Source: Macrostomum lignano
Lineage: Eukaryota
NCBI GenBank assembly: GCA_002269645.1
Contig: NIVC01002050.1
Location: forward strand, 145,315 to 209,314
Reading direction: 5' to 3'
Length of the DNA stretch: 64,000 bases
Under the pieces are notes generated by a model, which saw nothing but the letters and a program-made list of their open reading frames with translations, did no database searches and had not been told where the DNA came from. This document shows, one piece after another, positions 36,753 through 53,699 of the stretch. Within the stretch, counting starts at the first letter, position 1, and each line of letters begins with the position of its first letter. The position numbers and the translations under genes are program-made.

Positions 36753-37514
36753 CTTCAAGATCATTGATTTAAGCATGAAGACTTGACTGAGTTTTTTTAG
36801 AAAATCTCTGAGAAGCGGCAGTCTCCACGCCTAAAATACAGTAGGGTGACAAACTTCATTTTTGTAATTTAGCTTAGAAAATTGTGTAAAATATTTTAGA
36901 AAATGGTCTGTCAAATCTCTTATGTTTCTCGTATTGCCAGCCTCCTAAAGATTTTCTAAGAAACGAAGTCCCCCACCATTCTATTTAAGCCGTCTCTGAC
37001 TGCATGTGCTTCTTGGACATTTCAACCTGATCAATCGAGTTTACACTTACGAAGGGTTGAGTTGAAGTTGAGAGTTTTTAAAAATTAATCTAGACTAAGT
37101 TTTTCTCCTTTTCTTTTATGTACCTGCAGTGATTATTTCATCATAGCTTAGTGTCTGTTAAATAAATGCTAACAAAATCCAAGGATATACAGACAGCAAT
37201 GATCGCATTTTAACGTACTACTTGATCTACTGCGGTTAAGCAGTGAGTGCATTTTCACCCCATAAATTCATGTATATATATTGTTTAGTTTGTATTTGCG
37301 AAGTATTTGCGAAAGTGCTGAAATACTAGCTAATAAATTCCTTGCAATATTGCTCCTAGACTACTAACAAGTAACAGAATACACACATTTCAGCTATTAC
37401 ACGTGTTGCTTTTTCACTACTGTTCCACAACATCTGCCATTAATATAAGTTATTCGAGATTTTCTCTTCCAATGTTATTTCTCTCAATATCTAATAGTCC
37501 GCATTTAATAACTT

Positions 37515-38815
37515 ATAGATAGCTGACAACCCATGTTAGATATAGCTGACAACCCATGTTAGATATAGCTGACAACCCATATTAGATAGCTGACAACCCA
37601 TGTTAGATATAGCTGACAACCCATGTTAGATATAGCTGACAACCCAGATTAGATAGCTGACAACCCATATTAAATAGCTGACAACCCAGATTAAATAGCT
37701 GACAACCCATGTTAGATATAGCTGACAACCCAGATTAGATAGCTGACAACCCATGTTAGATATAGCTAACAACCCAGATTAGATAGCTGACAACCCATGT
37801 TAGATATAGCTAACAACCCAGATTAGATAGCTGACAACCCAGGTTAGATAGCTGACAACCCAGATTAGATAGCTGACAACCCAGATTAGATAGCTGACAA
37901 CCCAGATTAGATAGCTGACAACCCAGATTAGATAGCTGACAACCCAGATTAAATAGCTGACAACCCATGTTAGATATAGCTGACAACCCAGATTAGATAG
38001 CTGACAACCGAGATTAAATAGCTGACAACCCAGATTAAATAGCTGACAACCCAGATTAAATAGCTGACAACCCATGTTAGATATAGCTGACAACCCAGAT
38101 TAGATAGCTGACAACCCAGATTAAATAGCTAACAACCCAGATTAGATAGCTGACAACCCATGTTAGATATAGCTGACAACCCAGATTAGATAGCTGACAA
38201 CCCAGGTTAGATAGCTGACAACCCAGATTAGATAGCTGACAACCCAGATTAGATAGCTGACAACCCAGGTTAGATATAGCTGACAACCCAGATTAAATAG
38301 CAGACAACCCAGATTAGATAGCAGACAACCCAGATTAGATAGCTGACAACCCAGATTAGATAGCTGACAACCCAGATTAGATAGCTGACAACCCAGATTA
38401 GATAGCTGACAACCCAGATTAGATAGCAGACAACCCATATTAGATAGCAGACAACCCAGATTAAATAGCAGACAACCCAGATTAGATAGCTGACAACCCA
38501 GATTAGATAGCTGACAACCCAGATTAGATAGCTGACAACCCAGATTAGATAGCTGACAACCCATGTTAGATATAGCAGACAACCCAGATTAGATAGCTGA
38601 CAACCCAGATTAGATAGCTGACAACCCAGATTAAATAGCTGACAACCCATGTTAGATATAGCTGACAACCCATGTTAGATATAGCTGACAACCCATGTTA
38701 GATATAGCTGACAACCCATGTTAGATATAGCTGACAACCCAGATTAGATAGCTGACAACCCAGATTAGATATAGCAGACAACCCAGATTAGATAGCAGAC
38801 AACCCAGGTTAGATA
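37515..38815. repeat. 21/23-bp minisatellite
   Basis: (gatagctgacaacccagatta) with +AT variant units. Confidence 0.95.
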
Positions 38816-39799
38816 AGTTACGGTGCAGATTGAAAAGCTAAATTAGGTACAAGTTTGTGCCGAAATGCGTGCTTATAATTGCATTGCGAGTGAAATTCGG
38901 CACTTTCTTAAGCATTTATATTGCGTGGCGAAGTTTAGCCAATTTTTATTCTGCCTGTGCAGGTGATGCAGCAAGCTTTGGCGAGTATCAACTTGATGAA
39001 ATCCGGAAAAGATCTAAAATGGGAGTGCTGCTTCTCAAATAAAAACCCCGAACGGGCCTCTTTAAGCCGCGACCACCGCCTGCAGCAGCTTCTGTAGTGG
39101 ATCTTCCGTTGGTCCGGAGTGTCCTCATTTAATAGACCGCCACTGCCGGGCCGGATCAATGCAATAAAAGTGCATTTCCGCCTGCCAAGTCAATAAATTG
39201 CCAACTCTGCTGTCTGGCACGCATATTTTACGAGTACTAGTTTAAACTTCTATAATTTACGAGGGTATTATAAATATACCCATACTATATATACTACTCT
39301 AGCAAGCGGGACGACCTCGTTAGTAGCTCACTGTGCGAACTGCAGGGCAGAAGCTGGGCCACTTATTTGAGTACGAGCTCAAACTTATACAGATTGTGGG
39401 TTTGCCATTGGCTTGTTACAGGACTTTGCCAAAAAAATTCCCAGCTCGGCTCAGAAATGAATCGAACGCGTCAGCCAGACCTATCCCAGATGAAGTAGAG
39501 AGGCTGCAGACACACGTGCCCGAGGCTACGGACGCAGTGATTAGGGATAGACGGCTTAGCAACACCGTGCAGTTGGAGGATTAAGGATTAGTGCGAGACT
39601 CTCGGACTTCTCATTCGATGCGAGTTCAGATTTGGCGACTCTTTCACGTGGAGCCGGTTTGGCCAAATTTGATTTATTCTAATTCTGGCTGCGGCACGGA
39701 TTCAGCCATCTGCAGAATCGGCTTCGTTATTTGTATAAAACTTCATTAGACAGTCCTACTGTTTCACCTGTTAGATGGACACGTTTGATCTTACCTGGC

Positions 39800-40160
39800 T
39801 CACTGCTGACACTAGCTTTACACTCAGCATCTGACACAGTAGCTTACCCTCAGCGCCTGACACTAGCTTACCCTTAACGCCTGACACTAGCTTACCCTCA
39901 ACACCTGACACTAGCTTACCCTCATCACCTGACACTAGCTTACCCTCAACACCTGACACTAGCTTACCCTCAACAGATGACACTAGCTTACCCTCAACAC
40001 CTGACACTAGCTTACCCTCATCACCTGACACTAGCTTACCCTCAACACCTGACACTAGCTTACCCTCAACAGATGACACTAGCTTACCCTCAACAGATGA
40101 CACTAGCTTACCCTCAACAGATGACACTAGCTTACCCTCAACAGATGACACTAGATTACA
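39800..40160. repeat. 24-bp minisatellite
   Basis: (cctgacactagcttaccctcaaca)n. Confidence 0.92.
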
Positions 40161-40164
40161 CTCT

Positions 40165-41527
40165 TAGGACAGCTACAACAGGCACAGCAGGCACAGCTAC
40201 AGCAGGCACAGCTACAACAGGCACAGCTACAACAGGCACAGCAGGCACAGCTACAGCAGGCACACCTACAACAGGCTCAGCTACAACAGGCACAGCTACA
40301 GCAGGCACAGCTACAGCAGGCACAGCTAGAGCAGACACAGCTACAACAGGCACAGCTACAACAGGCACAGCTACAGCAGGCACAGCTACAGCAGGCACAG
40401 CTACAGCAGGCACAGCTAGAGCAGACACAGCTACAACAGGCACAGCTACAACAGGCACAGCTACAGCAGACAGCAGGCACAGCTACAGCAGACAGCAGGC
40501 ACAGCTACAGCAGGCACAGCTACAACAGGCACAGCTACAGCAGGCACAGCTACAGCAGGCACAGCTAGAGCAGACACAGCTACAAAGGCACAGCTACAAA
40601 GGCACAGCTACAGCAGGCACAGCTACAACAGGCACAGCTACAACAGGCACAGCTACAGCAGACACAGCAGGCACAGCTACAGCAGACACAACAGGCACAG
40701 CTACAGCAGGCACAGCTACAGCAGGCACAGCTACAGCAGGCACAGCTACAACAGGCACAGCAGACACAACAGGCACAGCTACAGCAGACACAGCAGGCAC
40801 AGCTACAGCAGACACAACAGGCACAGCTACAGCAGACACAACAGGCACAGCTACAGCAGACACAACAGGCACAGCTACAGCAGACACAACAGGCACAGCT
40901 ACAGCAGACACAGCAGGCACAGCTACAGCAGACACAACAGGCACAGCTACAGCAGACACAGCAGGCACAGCTACAGCAGACACAACAGGCACAGCTACAG
41001 CAGACACAGCAGACACAGCAGGCACAGCTACAGCAGACACAACAGGCACAGCTACAGCAGACACAACAGGCACAGCTACAGCAGACACAACAGGCACAGC
41101 TACAGCAGACACAACAGGCACAGCTACAGCAGACACAACAGGCACAGCTACAGCAGACACAACAGGCACAGCTACAGCAGACACAACAGGCACAGCTACA
41201 GCAGACACAGCAGGCACAGCTACAGCAGACACAGCAGGCACAGCTACAGCAGACACAGCAGGCACAGCTACAGCAGACACAACAGGCACAGCTACAGCAG
41301 ACACAGCAGACACAGCAGGCACAGCTACAGCAGACACAACAGGCACAGCTACAGCAGACACAACAGGCACAGCTACAGCAGACACAACAGGCACAGCTAC
41401 AGCAGACACAACAGGCACAGCTACAGCAGACACAACAGGCACAGCTACAGCAGACACAACAGGCACATCTACAGCAGACACAACAGGCACAGCTACAGCA
41501 GAAACAACAGGCACAGCTACAGCAGGC
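40165..41527. repeat. 15/24-bp minisatellite abutting the previous array
   Basis: (ggcacagctacagca) grading into (ggcacagctacagcagacacaaca). Confidence 0.95.
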
Positions 41528-42054
41528 TGATGCTTTATTGGCTGTTGAGCAGAATCTGCCGCCTTCAGAATTATTTGTGCCGGACAAAAATTTCTTCAAT
41601 TTTTCCTTTTCACTTTAGTAGATAGATTTTGGACTAATCTACCCGCGCCTTTCCCGAGCTTGGGATTCGAATAATCCGCCGGGGATTTGATGAGGCTCAG
41701 AGGATTCTGGAGTCGTCTTAGTCGAGCCACATCTGTGAATAGCGAATTTGGAAAGGCAGAATGCGGCACCAACAGCAGAGACATCTGCTCGAGGCGGGCC
41801 GGGCCAGAAATCAATTTAACTCGAGGTCCTCAGCGGGCGGCCAGCGAACCGCAGCCTGTCTGCCAGTTGGAATTGGCCCGCGGCCACCGCTGCAAGTGCC
41901 GAACATCAATTAATTATTCGTATAGCCGAGCTCTGCATTTGCTTGCCTTAGATCGAAATTCCATGGCACCGTAAATTTTACACGACCATACGAGTGAGTA
42001 CACGCGGTCGGTTAAGGTCAGCTATTTTATTCACTTTTTACGCTTTTGATGTTC

Positions 42055-43065
42055 ACGGTGGTGTGTTCTACATCCTCTGGTGTGTTCTACACCCTCTGGT
42101 GTGTTCTACACCCTCTGGTGTGTTTAACACCCTCTGGTGTGTTTAACACCCTCTGGTGTGTTCTACACCCTCTGGTGTGTTCTACACCCTCTGGTGTGTT
42201 CTACACCCTCTGGTGTGTTCTACATCCTCTGGTGTGTTCTACACCCTCTGGTGTGTTCTACACCCTCTGGTGTGTTTAACACCCTCTGGTGTGTTTAACA
42301 CCCTCTGGTGTGTTCTACACCCTCTGGTGTGTTCTACACCCTCTGGTGTGTTCTACACCCTCTGGTGTGTTCTACATCCTCTGGTGTGTTCTACACCCTC
42401 TGGTGTGTTTAACACCCTCTGGTGTGTTCTACACCCTCTGGTGTGTTTAACACCCTCTGGTGTGTTCTACACCCTCTGGTGTGTTCTACACCCTCTGGTG
42501 TGTTTAACACCCTCTGGTGTGTTCTACACCCTCTGGTGTGTTTAACACCCTCTGGTGTGTTCTACACCCTCTGGTGTGTTCTACACCCTCTGGTGTGTTT
42601 AACACCCTCTGGTGTGTTTAACACCCTCTGGTGTGTTCTACACCCTCTGGTGTGTTTAACACCCTCTGGTGTGTTCTACACCCTCTGGTGTGTTCTACAC
42701 CCTCTGGTGTGTTTAACACCCTCTGGTGTGTTTAACACCCTCTGGTGTGTTCTACACCCTCTGGTGTGTTCTACACCCTCTGGTGTGTTCTACACCCTCT
42801 GGTGTGTTTAACACCCTCTGGTGTGTTCTACACCCTCTGGTGTGTTTAACACCCTCTGGTGTGTTCTACACCCTCTGGTGTGTTCTACACCCTCTGGTGT
42901 GTTTAACACCCTCTGGTGTGTTTAACACCCTCTGGTGTGTTCTACACCCTCTGGTGTGTTTAACACCCTCTGGTGTGTTCTACACCCTCTGGTGTGTTCT
43001 ACACCCTCTGGTGTGTTCTACACCCTCTGGTGTGTTCTACACCCTCTGGTGTGTTCTACACCCTC
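42055..43065. repeat. 19-bp minisatellite with internal stem GGTGT..ACACC, two main variants
   Basis: ctctggtgtgttctacacc / ctctggtgtgtttaacacc. Confidence 0.95.
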
Positions 43066-43343
43066 TTATCTGCTGTCTCCTACACCAGTTAAACGCCTCG
43101 AACACTACAAACTTTGAAATGACGGGTACCTTCCGATAGACATGAGCATTTCAAAGACTGCAAAATAGTTGTTACCTGTAACTTTTTCCTTTTTTGCATG
43201 AGTCATTTTCAACTGCCGACTTTCAACAAATTGAATTCGTTAATGGATGCAGACCGATCAGCATGCTTGCTGGATTTATTTGCAAGTATCAAACATTCAA
43301 ACAAAATCGAATTCAATTTTCAGATTGACAGCTCGATGGCCAA

Positions 43344-46848
<3,505 letters not shown>

Positions 46849-47129
46849 TGGAACGACAGATAGGTGGGATCTGTTTTTTGTCACTGAAGCTTAATTCACT
46901 TCAAGCAGAGTCTAAAATAGGTGTAATACTGCTGTGGCTCAGGACGCCTGGGGAGTATTTTCTATTCGATAGAATTCTGCTAGCCAATGAATAACCAGCT
47001 GCCATTTCCGAATGTTTGACATCCAAACTATATGCATGTAGATCACAGTCTAGTCTTCTAGCTTCTATAGACACGCACTATTAAGCTTAAAACACACGCG
47101 TGAATCGTGCAAAGTTTATGGGCGGCTGA

Positions 47130-48340
47130 TTATTGAAAATAATTTTTTTCTTGGCTCCAGAGGAAATACAGTAGGAAATACAACTCTATAATACGTGTAG
47201 GGTAGAATATAGATATATGCACATGTGGGGCAGCGGAACATGTGGGGCAGTGTTGAGCGTCGGCGTGAGCGAAATCGGCGTGGTCGGCAATGTGGTGCCG
47301 CCCGTCCAGCTGCTGCCGCTCTGGCCCATACGGATCCTCTGGGTGGCGCCAGGGACTGAGAGGCTCATCTACATCGAGCCCCAGCCGTACCACAGGGCAC
47401 GCTTCGGGTCGGGACGCTGCACTGCCGCACTCTCAAGGCCGCCTGGCGGACATCGCACTGCAGGAGGTGTCTATAAAGACTGATCCAGGGCTTCACTGTG
47501 AGGATCTGGGCGCCGGATGGACCTTCTACTACACATCGGCGGGCCAACGAGGCCGTGGAGGAGTTGGAGCGCTGGTCGGAGCAGTCGCTGCGTCTCTCTG
47601 TCCCATCGGCTGCTCCGGGTCGATGTTCGGCTTCGCGGCCGGAACGCTCGCCTGTTCTGCGCGTACGCGCCTCCTGCCACCCGACCTGACGAGGCTCAAG
47701 ATTTCTTTCAGCAGCTCTCGATACAGGTGGAGGCAAAGGCGCAGCGTGACAATCCTCGGAGACCTAGGAAAGCTAGCGCTTTCATTGCGCTCGGCGGCAA
47801 GAGTGGAGGTGCCGAGTACGCGGTGTGCGCTGCAGTTCGAGCCGCCGCGGAGCAAGCAGTCCCGCTGATGCGACCGGCCCAGAGAGAGCAGCCGGTATGG
47901 CAAGACGACCCTGCGATTCGGCAAGCGAGGCCGGAAGAGCTGGAGAGACTCCGTTTGAGCAGGCGACCTACCCGCGAGGCAGAGGAGGCCTTGGCGACTG
48001 TCTATCTACAGCGCCAGCAGGCGGCTGTTGATGACGCCATTCGGGCCGTCTCTGCTGCTGGGCTCGATGCCAGAGGCCGCGTGGCCTGGTCGGCTATCAA
48101 TGCTCTGACGGAGCGAAAGCGGCGCATTCCGCTAAACCTGCAGGCGACTCTGGGGACGAGCGCAGGAACGAGCTGCGTGAGTTCTTCGCCGCCGTTGTCA
48201 ATGCGCCGCCACCCCACTGCCAGACAGTCTGACGCTGCCGCCGGAGATGCCGTTGCCGGCAGAGGAGAGCTTCAGCCTAGCACCAGTCAGCACAGCCGAC
48301 GTTGTGAGGCTCGCCCAACAGTCACCGGGCTGGGTCCGGT
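47130..48340 (+). mobile_element. Degenerate APE-type non-LTR retrotransposon fragment (endonuclease + linker, no RT)
   Basis: ADIALQEV, GWTFYYTSAGQRGRGGVGALVG, ARLFCAYAP, VTILGDL endonuclease motifs across shifted frames; linker RVAWSAINALT...ELREFFAAVVNAPP; stops before RT. Confidence 0.8.
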
Positions 48341-50907
48341 TTCAATCCCCACGCCACAGTGCCAGCAACGCACGTACATCTATTCAGGCTGTGAACATGG
48401 CAGCGCTCAGATGTACCGCACAATCGCTGCAAACGGACAGCCCGCTGACTGCACACCTGAAACCCTAATTAATTGCTGTGGGTCACTGTCAGCGTATTTC
48501 TTTTGACGTTGATTAACGTGTATTAGTTTATATTTTTTGTAAAACGTAGCTAGGATGACTTATGCTGTAATTTAAGTAGTCTTTGGTGCAGTGTTCGCGC
48601 GCTTCCTTTTTAATCTCTTCGAAAAACGGTAAAAATCTATTCCATGACTGATAAGTATGCCGAATTTTTCGGTTTGTATATGCATCTTAAAAGTATTTAA
48701 AGCACGGAAGGTGTATTCGATCATTGGGATCAATTCTTTTGTTTATGAAGTAACTACTTACAAATTACAAAAGACCTTTCCAAAACTTTAGACAGTGTGA
48801 AGTGAAATATCGCAAAAGCAATTCGTTAGGCTCGGATTATTTGATCGAAAAATACGGTACTTATAACAAAATAGATGCAGCTGTTCATGTTGTCTGTAAA
48901 AATAAAGCCAAAATTGGAATGAAATGCTTGTCTCTTGACAAGCTTATGTTTCAGAAAAAAAGTAGTTTAAATCAGCGATGAATTAGATAAACCAGCTAGC
49001 GTATTTACAATTCTGCAATTTATTACCTATTTTAAAATATTATTAGAATAGTAGTAGACCTAAGAAGGTTATTCCCAGAACTTAAGTATTTCACTAACGG
49101 ACTGATGGACTACTATTGGACTACATACTACTTTAAATTTAGTTATTACGCACATCCTTATACTATAGTCTCATGCCAATATTTATGCATTGTGATCTAT
49201 TAAACTAATGACTGGCTTCTGCATGCCATAGCCTATGGCATAGGCATAGGCATAGCAGATTAAGATTGAGATTGCTAGAATAGGCGATAGGCTTAGGCCT
49301 TGACTTGACTAAGGTTGACTACCTTAAATACTCTAATACTACTGTTTACTATTTAACACTACTTTGTTTACCACCTTGACTATTTGACTTGTTGTTAAGC
49401 TTACACTAGACCATAAAATTGTAAGATAAAATAATGCCCAATTTTTTGTAACATAAATGCAGCCTAAGTTTCCTGACCAACTAGTATAATTTCAAGCTTA
49501 TTTGAAAAAAACACCATGCATTTTTAGATATCACCTTAGCTCATTTAGCAAAGCCAATGTGGTTTAGATTAATTTAGTTTTGTATTGCTTTGATTCGCTT
49601 CAGTATCTAGAAATTATAGTCTTAAAAATATGGTATCTATGTTTTTTTGTATCCAGCATTTCAGTGCCCCAGTGCCAGTTTGCTTTTCAGTGCCTAAATT
49701 ATGTTAGACTTAGACACAAAATATAAAGTAAGCCCTTATTTAACAATAAGTATATTGTAATACTTTTTTACTTTAAATAACTGAGGTATTATTCATTTTG
49801 TTAAGCTAACTTGCTGTTTTTTGAAAAAAGACTCTTGTTGGTTGTTGACTCAAGTTGCATTTAAGTTTTTGTCTCAATTTCTCAAGAAATCAAATGAGCA
49901 TGTGACTCAAAGAATATAATATTAAATTGGATTTGTCCAATTTGATCAAAACTATATAGTAGTATTATTAATAGATTTCATCTTTACCTAGAGCATAAAA
50001 TATAAAATTAAACATTATTCTAACAAATGCACTATAAATTTTAGAAAGTTAAATTAATGTTAAAATGCCACAAAGTATTTATAACATAAAGATAAAGGCA
50101 CAAAGATAGTTGAGTATATACATATAACACAACAAAAAATCCAATAAAACAATATAATAATATTAAGTCTGGATAATAGTCACAAGAGTTCAATTATTGC
50201 TGCTACTGCCAGGCCTAGATACCAAATTGTAGGATATGGCCAAGGCATATGTAGCTAGGTAGAAAACTGCCGATAACTGATAGAAAAATCTATCAAGTAT
50301 ACTGCATAGAAGCCTTGCTACTATATGCAATAGTAGGTTGCCTCCCCATAGTGGAAGAGATAGCCTTGCAATTTAGAAAGAAGGAAAACAGAATGCAATG
50401 CTTACTACATAGCAGCCTTAAAGTCTAGGATACAGGCCTTAGGCACAACCTGGTTAGCAAGTAGCTCCTTTATCATGCTGAAAATGGCTTGGTAGTTGGG
50501 AATAGACTTGCAACTGTCCCTGATGGTACAGTTGTTAGTATGCAGCAACTGAAATGCTTATGCCAAAACAATAGCAACAATGCTGCTATGTCAATATTGA
50601 GAATTTGAATCAGTTTGACATGTAAGATGACAAAGTGTCTAGGAACTGTTGGAAATATGAGCATATCTAAAAATATCAATTTCTATTAGGCCCCTATTCA
50701 CATGTCTTCTTGAACACTATTTTTTTCCTATATTTTTAGTAGCCAATCTGTCAATAATTCATTAAATAACTAATGGATAAATAATAAATAATAAATCATA
50801 CAATTAAAGAAACATAGTCTAGAAATACAGTAAAGTATACTGTTTTTAAGATGGTTAAAGTTAAAAAATTCTCTTATTGGATATTAAAATTAAAATATTG
50901 TGATAAC

Positions 50908-51087
50908 CATGCTTGGGCGCAACCTAGGGATTCACCCGGCCGTTTCTATTGGCAACACACACACACACACATGTAAGTCGCTATTGGACGGAATAATAGT
51001 CACGTGACTGATCTCAGCCAATAGCGACTTACATGTGCGTGTTGCCATTAGAAACGGCCGGGTGATTCCCAAGGTTGCGCATGTATG
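50908..51087. mobile_element. Near-fully palindromic MITE, probably hAT
   Basis: gcgcaacctagggattcacccggccgtttctattggcaacac..acatgtaagtcgctattgg mirrored by ccaatagcgacttacatgt..gtgttgccattagaaacggccgggtgattcccaaggttgcgc; direct repeat GTGATAAC(CA) at 50900 and 51088. Confidence 0.82.
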
Positions 51088-51591
51088 GTGATAACCAAAT
51101 TACACATACTAAATGACATCTCATTATGAAAAATAAGCTTCACAATATATGTCATTACATTTTATTTCCATTTTTTCAAAAAGTCTTTTCATCTGTAAGT
51201 GGACAAAAAGGCTATGCACATATATTATTTTTAAATATCACAATTACTAAAAATACTTAATTTGCCAAGAAAAAATTATCTATGACCAAGGCCAACTACT
51301 ACAGCTATATTGTACATAAGCTCATATAGCTACATAGAAACCATAACCACTTTGTCAGGTTTTTTATTTTTAGTATTAAAGAAATCAATTTTGAAACAAT
51401 GAGCAACCAAACTAGAAAGAATATAATTAAATAATAATAATCAACCTACTTACTATATCAGTAGTATAAAGTTATCTCCTTCATTACACTTTGGTTGCCT
51501 GCATTTTCTAGGACCTTTTTTCTATAAGCAAGTTTGTAAAAAGTGAACTTAACTTTTCAGCCAACCGGTGCTTACCAGCTAACATACTACT

Positions 51592-51996
51592 ATGAGTAAC
51601 CGACCAGGTCAGTACACTTATGGCTCAGGTGCTGGTGGCGCCGCCGGCAATCCAGGCGGAGGAGGCGCGCCCGGCGCCAACCCCGGCGCCAACTCCAACA
51701 TGACCAACGATCAGATGAACCGGCTGCAACGCGATGTCAATGACGTCACTGGAATCATGCGCGACAACATGAACCGCGTCATCGAGCGAGACGCCAACCT
51801 AAACGATCTGATGGCCCGCTCGGACAATCTGCACGAGTCCGCCGTAGTGTTCCAGCGCACCAGTCAGCGCGTGTCGCGCAAATACTGGTGGCAGAACACC
51901 AAAATGAAGATCATTATTGCCGTTGTGGTGATTGTGCTAATTATCATCATTGTCATTTCTATTCTGGCTTCAACCGGCGCCTTCGATAAGAAATAG
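51592..51996 (+). CDS. VAMP: Synaptobrevin/VAMP-family R-SNARE, 134 aa, single exon
   Basis: RLQRDVNDVTGIMRDNMNRVIERDANLNDLMARSDNL SNARE motif with zero-layer R; RKYWWQN; C-terminal TM segment. Confidence 0.95.
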   Translation: MSNRPGQYTYGSGAGGAAGNPGGGGAPGANPGANSNMTNDQMNRLQRDVNDVTGIMRDNMNRVIERDANLNDLMARSDNLHESAVVFQRTSQRVSRKYWWQNTKMKIIIAVVVIVLIIIIVISILASTGAFDKK

Positions 51997-52134
51997 GCGT
52001 CATCTGCCGCCGGGCGTTCGCTTCAGTGATTATCCAGATTGTGTGAGCAGCCGGACTCTGGGATTGCTATTTGATTTTTTCTTTGCTTGTCTGTCTTTAA
52101 ATTTTGTGTACAATTTCACTGGCTAATCCTGCAC

Positions 52135-52510
52135 TAGGCTGTCCTACTAAATGACCTGAAGGGGACAGTGGTGTCCTACTGAATAACCTGAAGGGGGACA
52201 GCGGTGTCCTACTGAATAACCTGAAGGGGGACAGCGGTGTCCTACTGAATAACCTGAAGGGGGCAGCGGTGTCCTACTGAATGACCTGAAGGGGGCAGCG
52301 GTGTCCTACTGAATGACCTGAAGGGGGCAGCGGTGTCCTACTGAATGACCTGAAGGGGGCAGCGGTGTCCTACTGAATGACCTGAAGGGGGCAGCGGTGT
52401 CCTACTGAATGACCTGAAGGGGGCAGCGGTGTCCTACTGAATGACCTGAAGGGGGCAGCGGTGTCCTGCTGAATGACCTGAAGGGGGACAGCGGTGTCCT
52501 ACTGAATGAG
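52135..52510. repeat. ~30-bp minisatellite downstream of VAMP
   Basis: (gtgtcctactgaatgacctgaagggggcagcg)n. Confidence 0.92.
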
Positions 52511-53699
52511 CAGAAACAGACGGGGTCCGCGTGTATCTATAGAACACTTTGAAGTCGTGTGGGCCGAATCGACTTCGCATGCTAGCAAATGCTTAATTGC
52601 CATATCATTCATTCAAATGTGCTGTTGTATATCCGTGACGTACGAGTCACGGAACCGCTTTGATTGTGTTTTTATGCAGGCTCTAAGATTTTTTTAATTG
52701 CTTTTTTTAAATTTCCGCAGCGAATTGCGCCAACGCCCCAAGGTGACTGACTTTTGTCGCGCACTGGTTGATCTGTGCTACTAAATTTTGGCTGTTTATT
52801 AAAATATTAATTCTCGACCCATTCATTCATCTCGATTTGTGCGTGTGTCTAATTGCGCGTAAAGCCGGGCTATAAAATTTACAACCGCTTCCCATCCTAA
52901 TTTTTCTCGCTTTATCAAAATAACTGTCTTCCCGAAATGTAGTTTTTTTACTTAAATTAATCTAGCAAGTTAGTTTCTTCAAGCTGTATTACTAGCAGTA
53001 GTAGTGTCTGGTTGTGCTCCGTTAGTTTTTGCCTTCCAAGCGAACAAACGCAGTAGTTATGTAGGGGTCGTGCGGTCTGCCGTGCTTCAAATTCAAATGC
53101 CGCCATATGATAATATTACTAATAGTAACCATTGCTGCCATGATTTTGTGCAATCCTTTTACGCTCCCAACGTCTTCAATTATTTTTGTATTACTGCACA
53201 TTTATGTATGCCTACAAAATAAAATAATTTTTTATTGGTGAGGAATCACGCCTCGGTACGCATGAAGCCGCAAATGGGATTTTATAAAGCGCTGATTTTC
53301 CCTGTTTGTTTTACTTTTACAGTCACGCATACGCACGCGGAGACAGATGTACTGAAAGTGAGTGAGTGAAGTTTATAAATTCAGTTACAGTAGCCACGAA
53401 CACCGCGTATGATCTGGAGAATCTTTTAATTTATTAATCGGAAACCAAATGAAACCTAGTCGTGATTTGAGCGACATCTGATATCAAGTCGCGCACTATA
53501 CTTATTTTACTATTGTAATATTGTAATACAGTTAAGTTTCTGGCGCATTATCGAAGCAGTCGGGGCAAACTATGGACCAACGGATACTGAAGATGCGTAG
53601 AACAAATGCTGGCAATTTTATCGCTGGCTTAATTTACAAATCTTATTGATTATTTAATACGCAGATCATATGGAAAATTTGGCCAATGCCGTGAGAGGC

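Noticed and set aside
40156-41599. Cys-rich (CCSCAC) and Val/Ala-rich minus-strand ORFs
   Set aside because: Translations of a minisatellite; not metallothionein-like beyond composition
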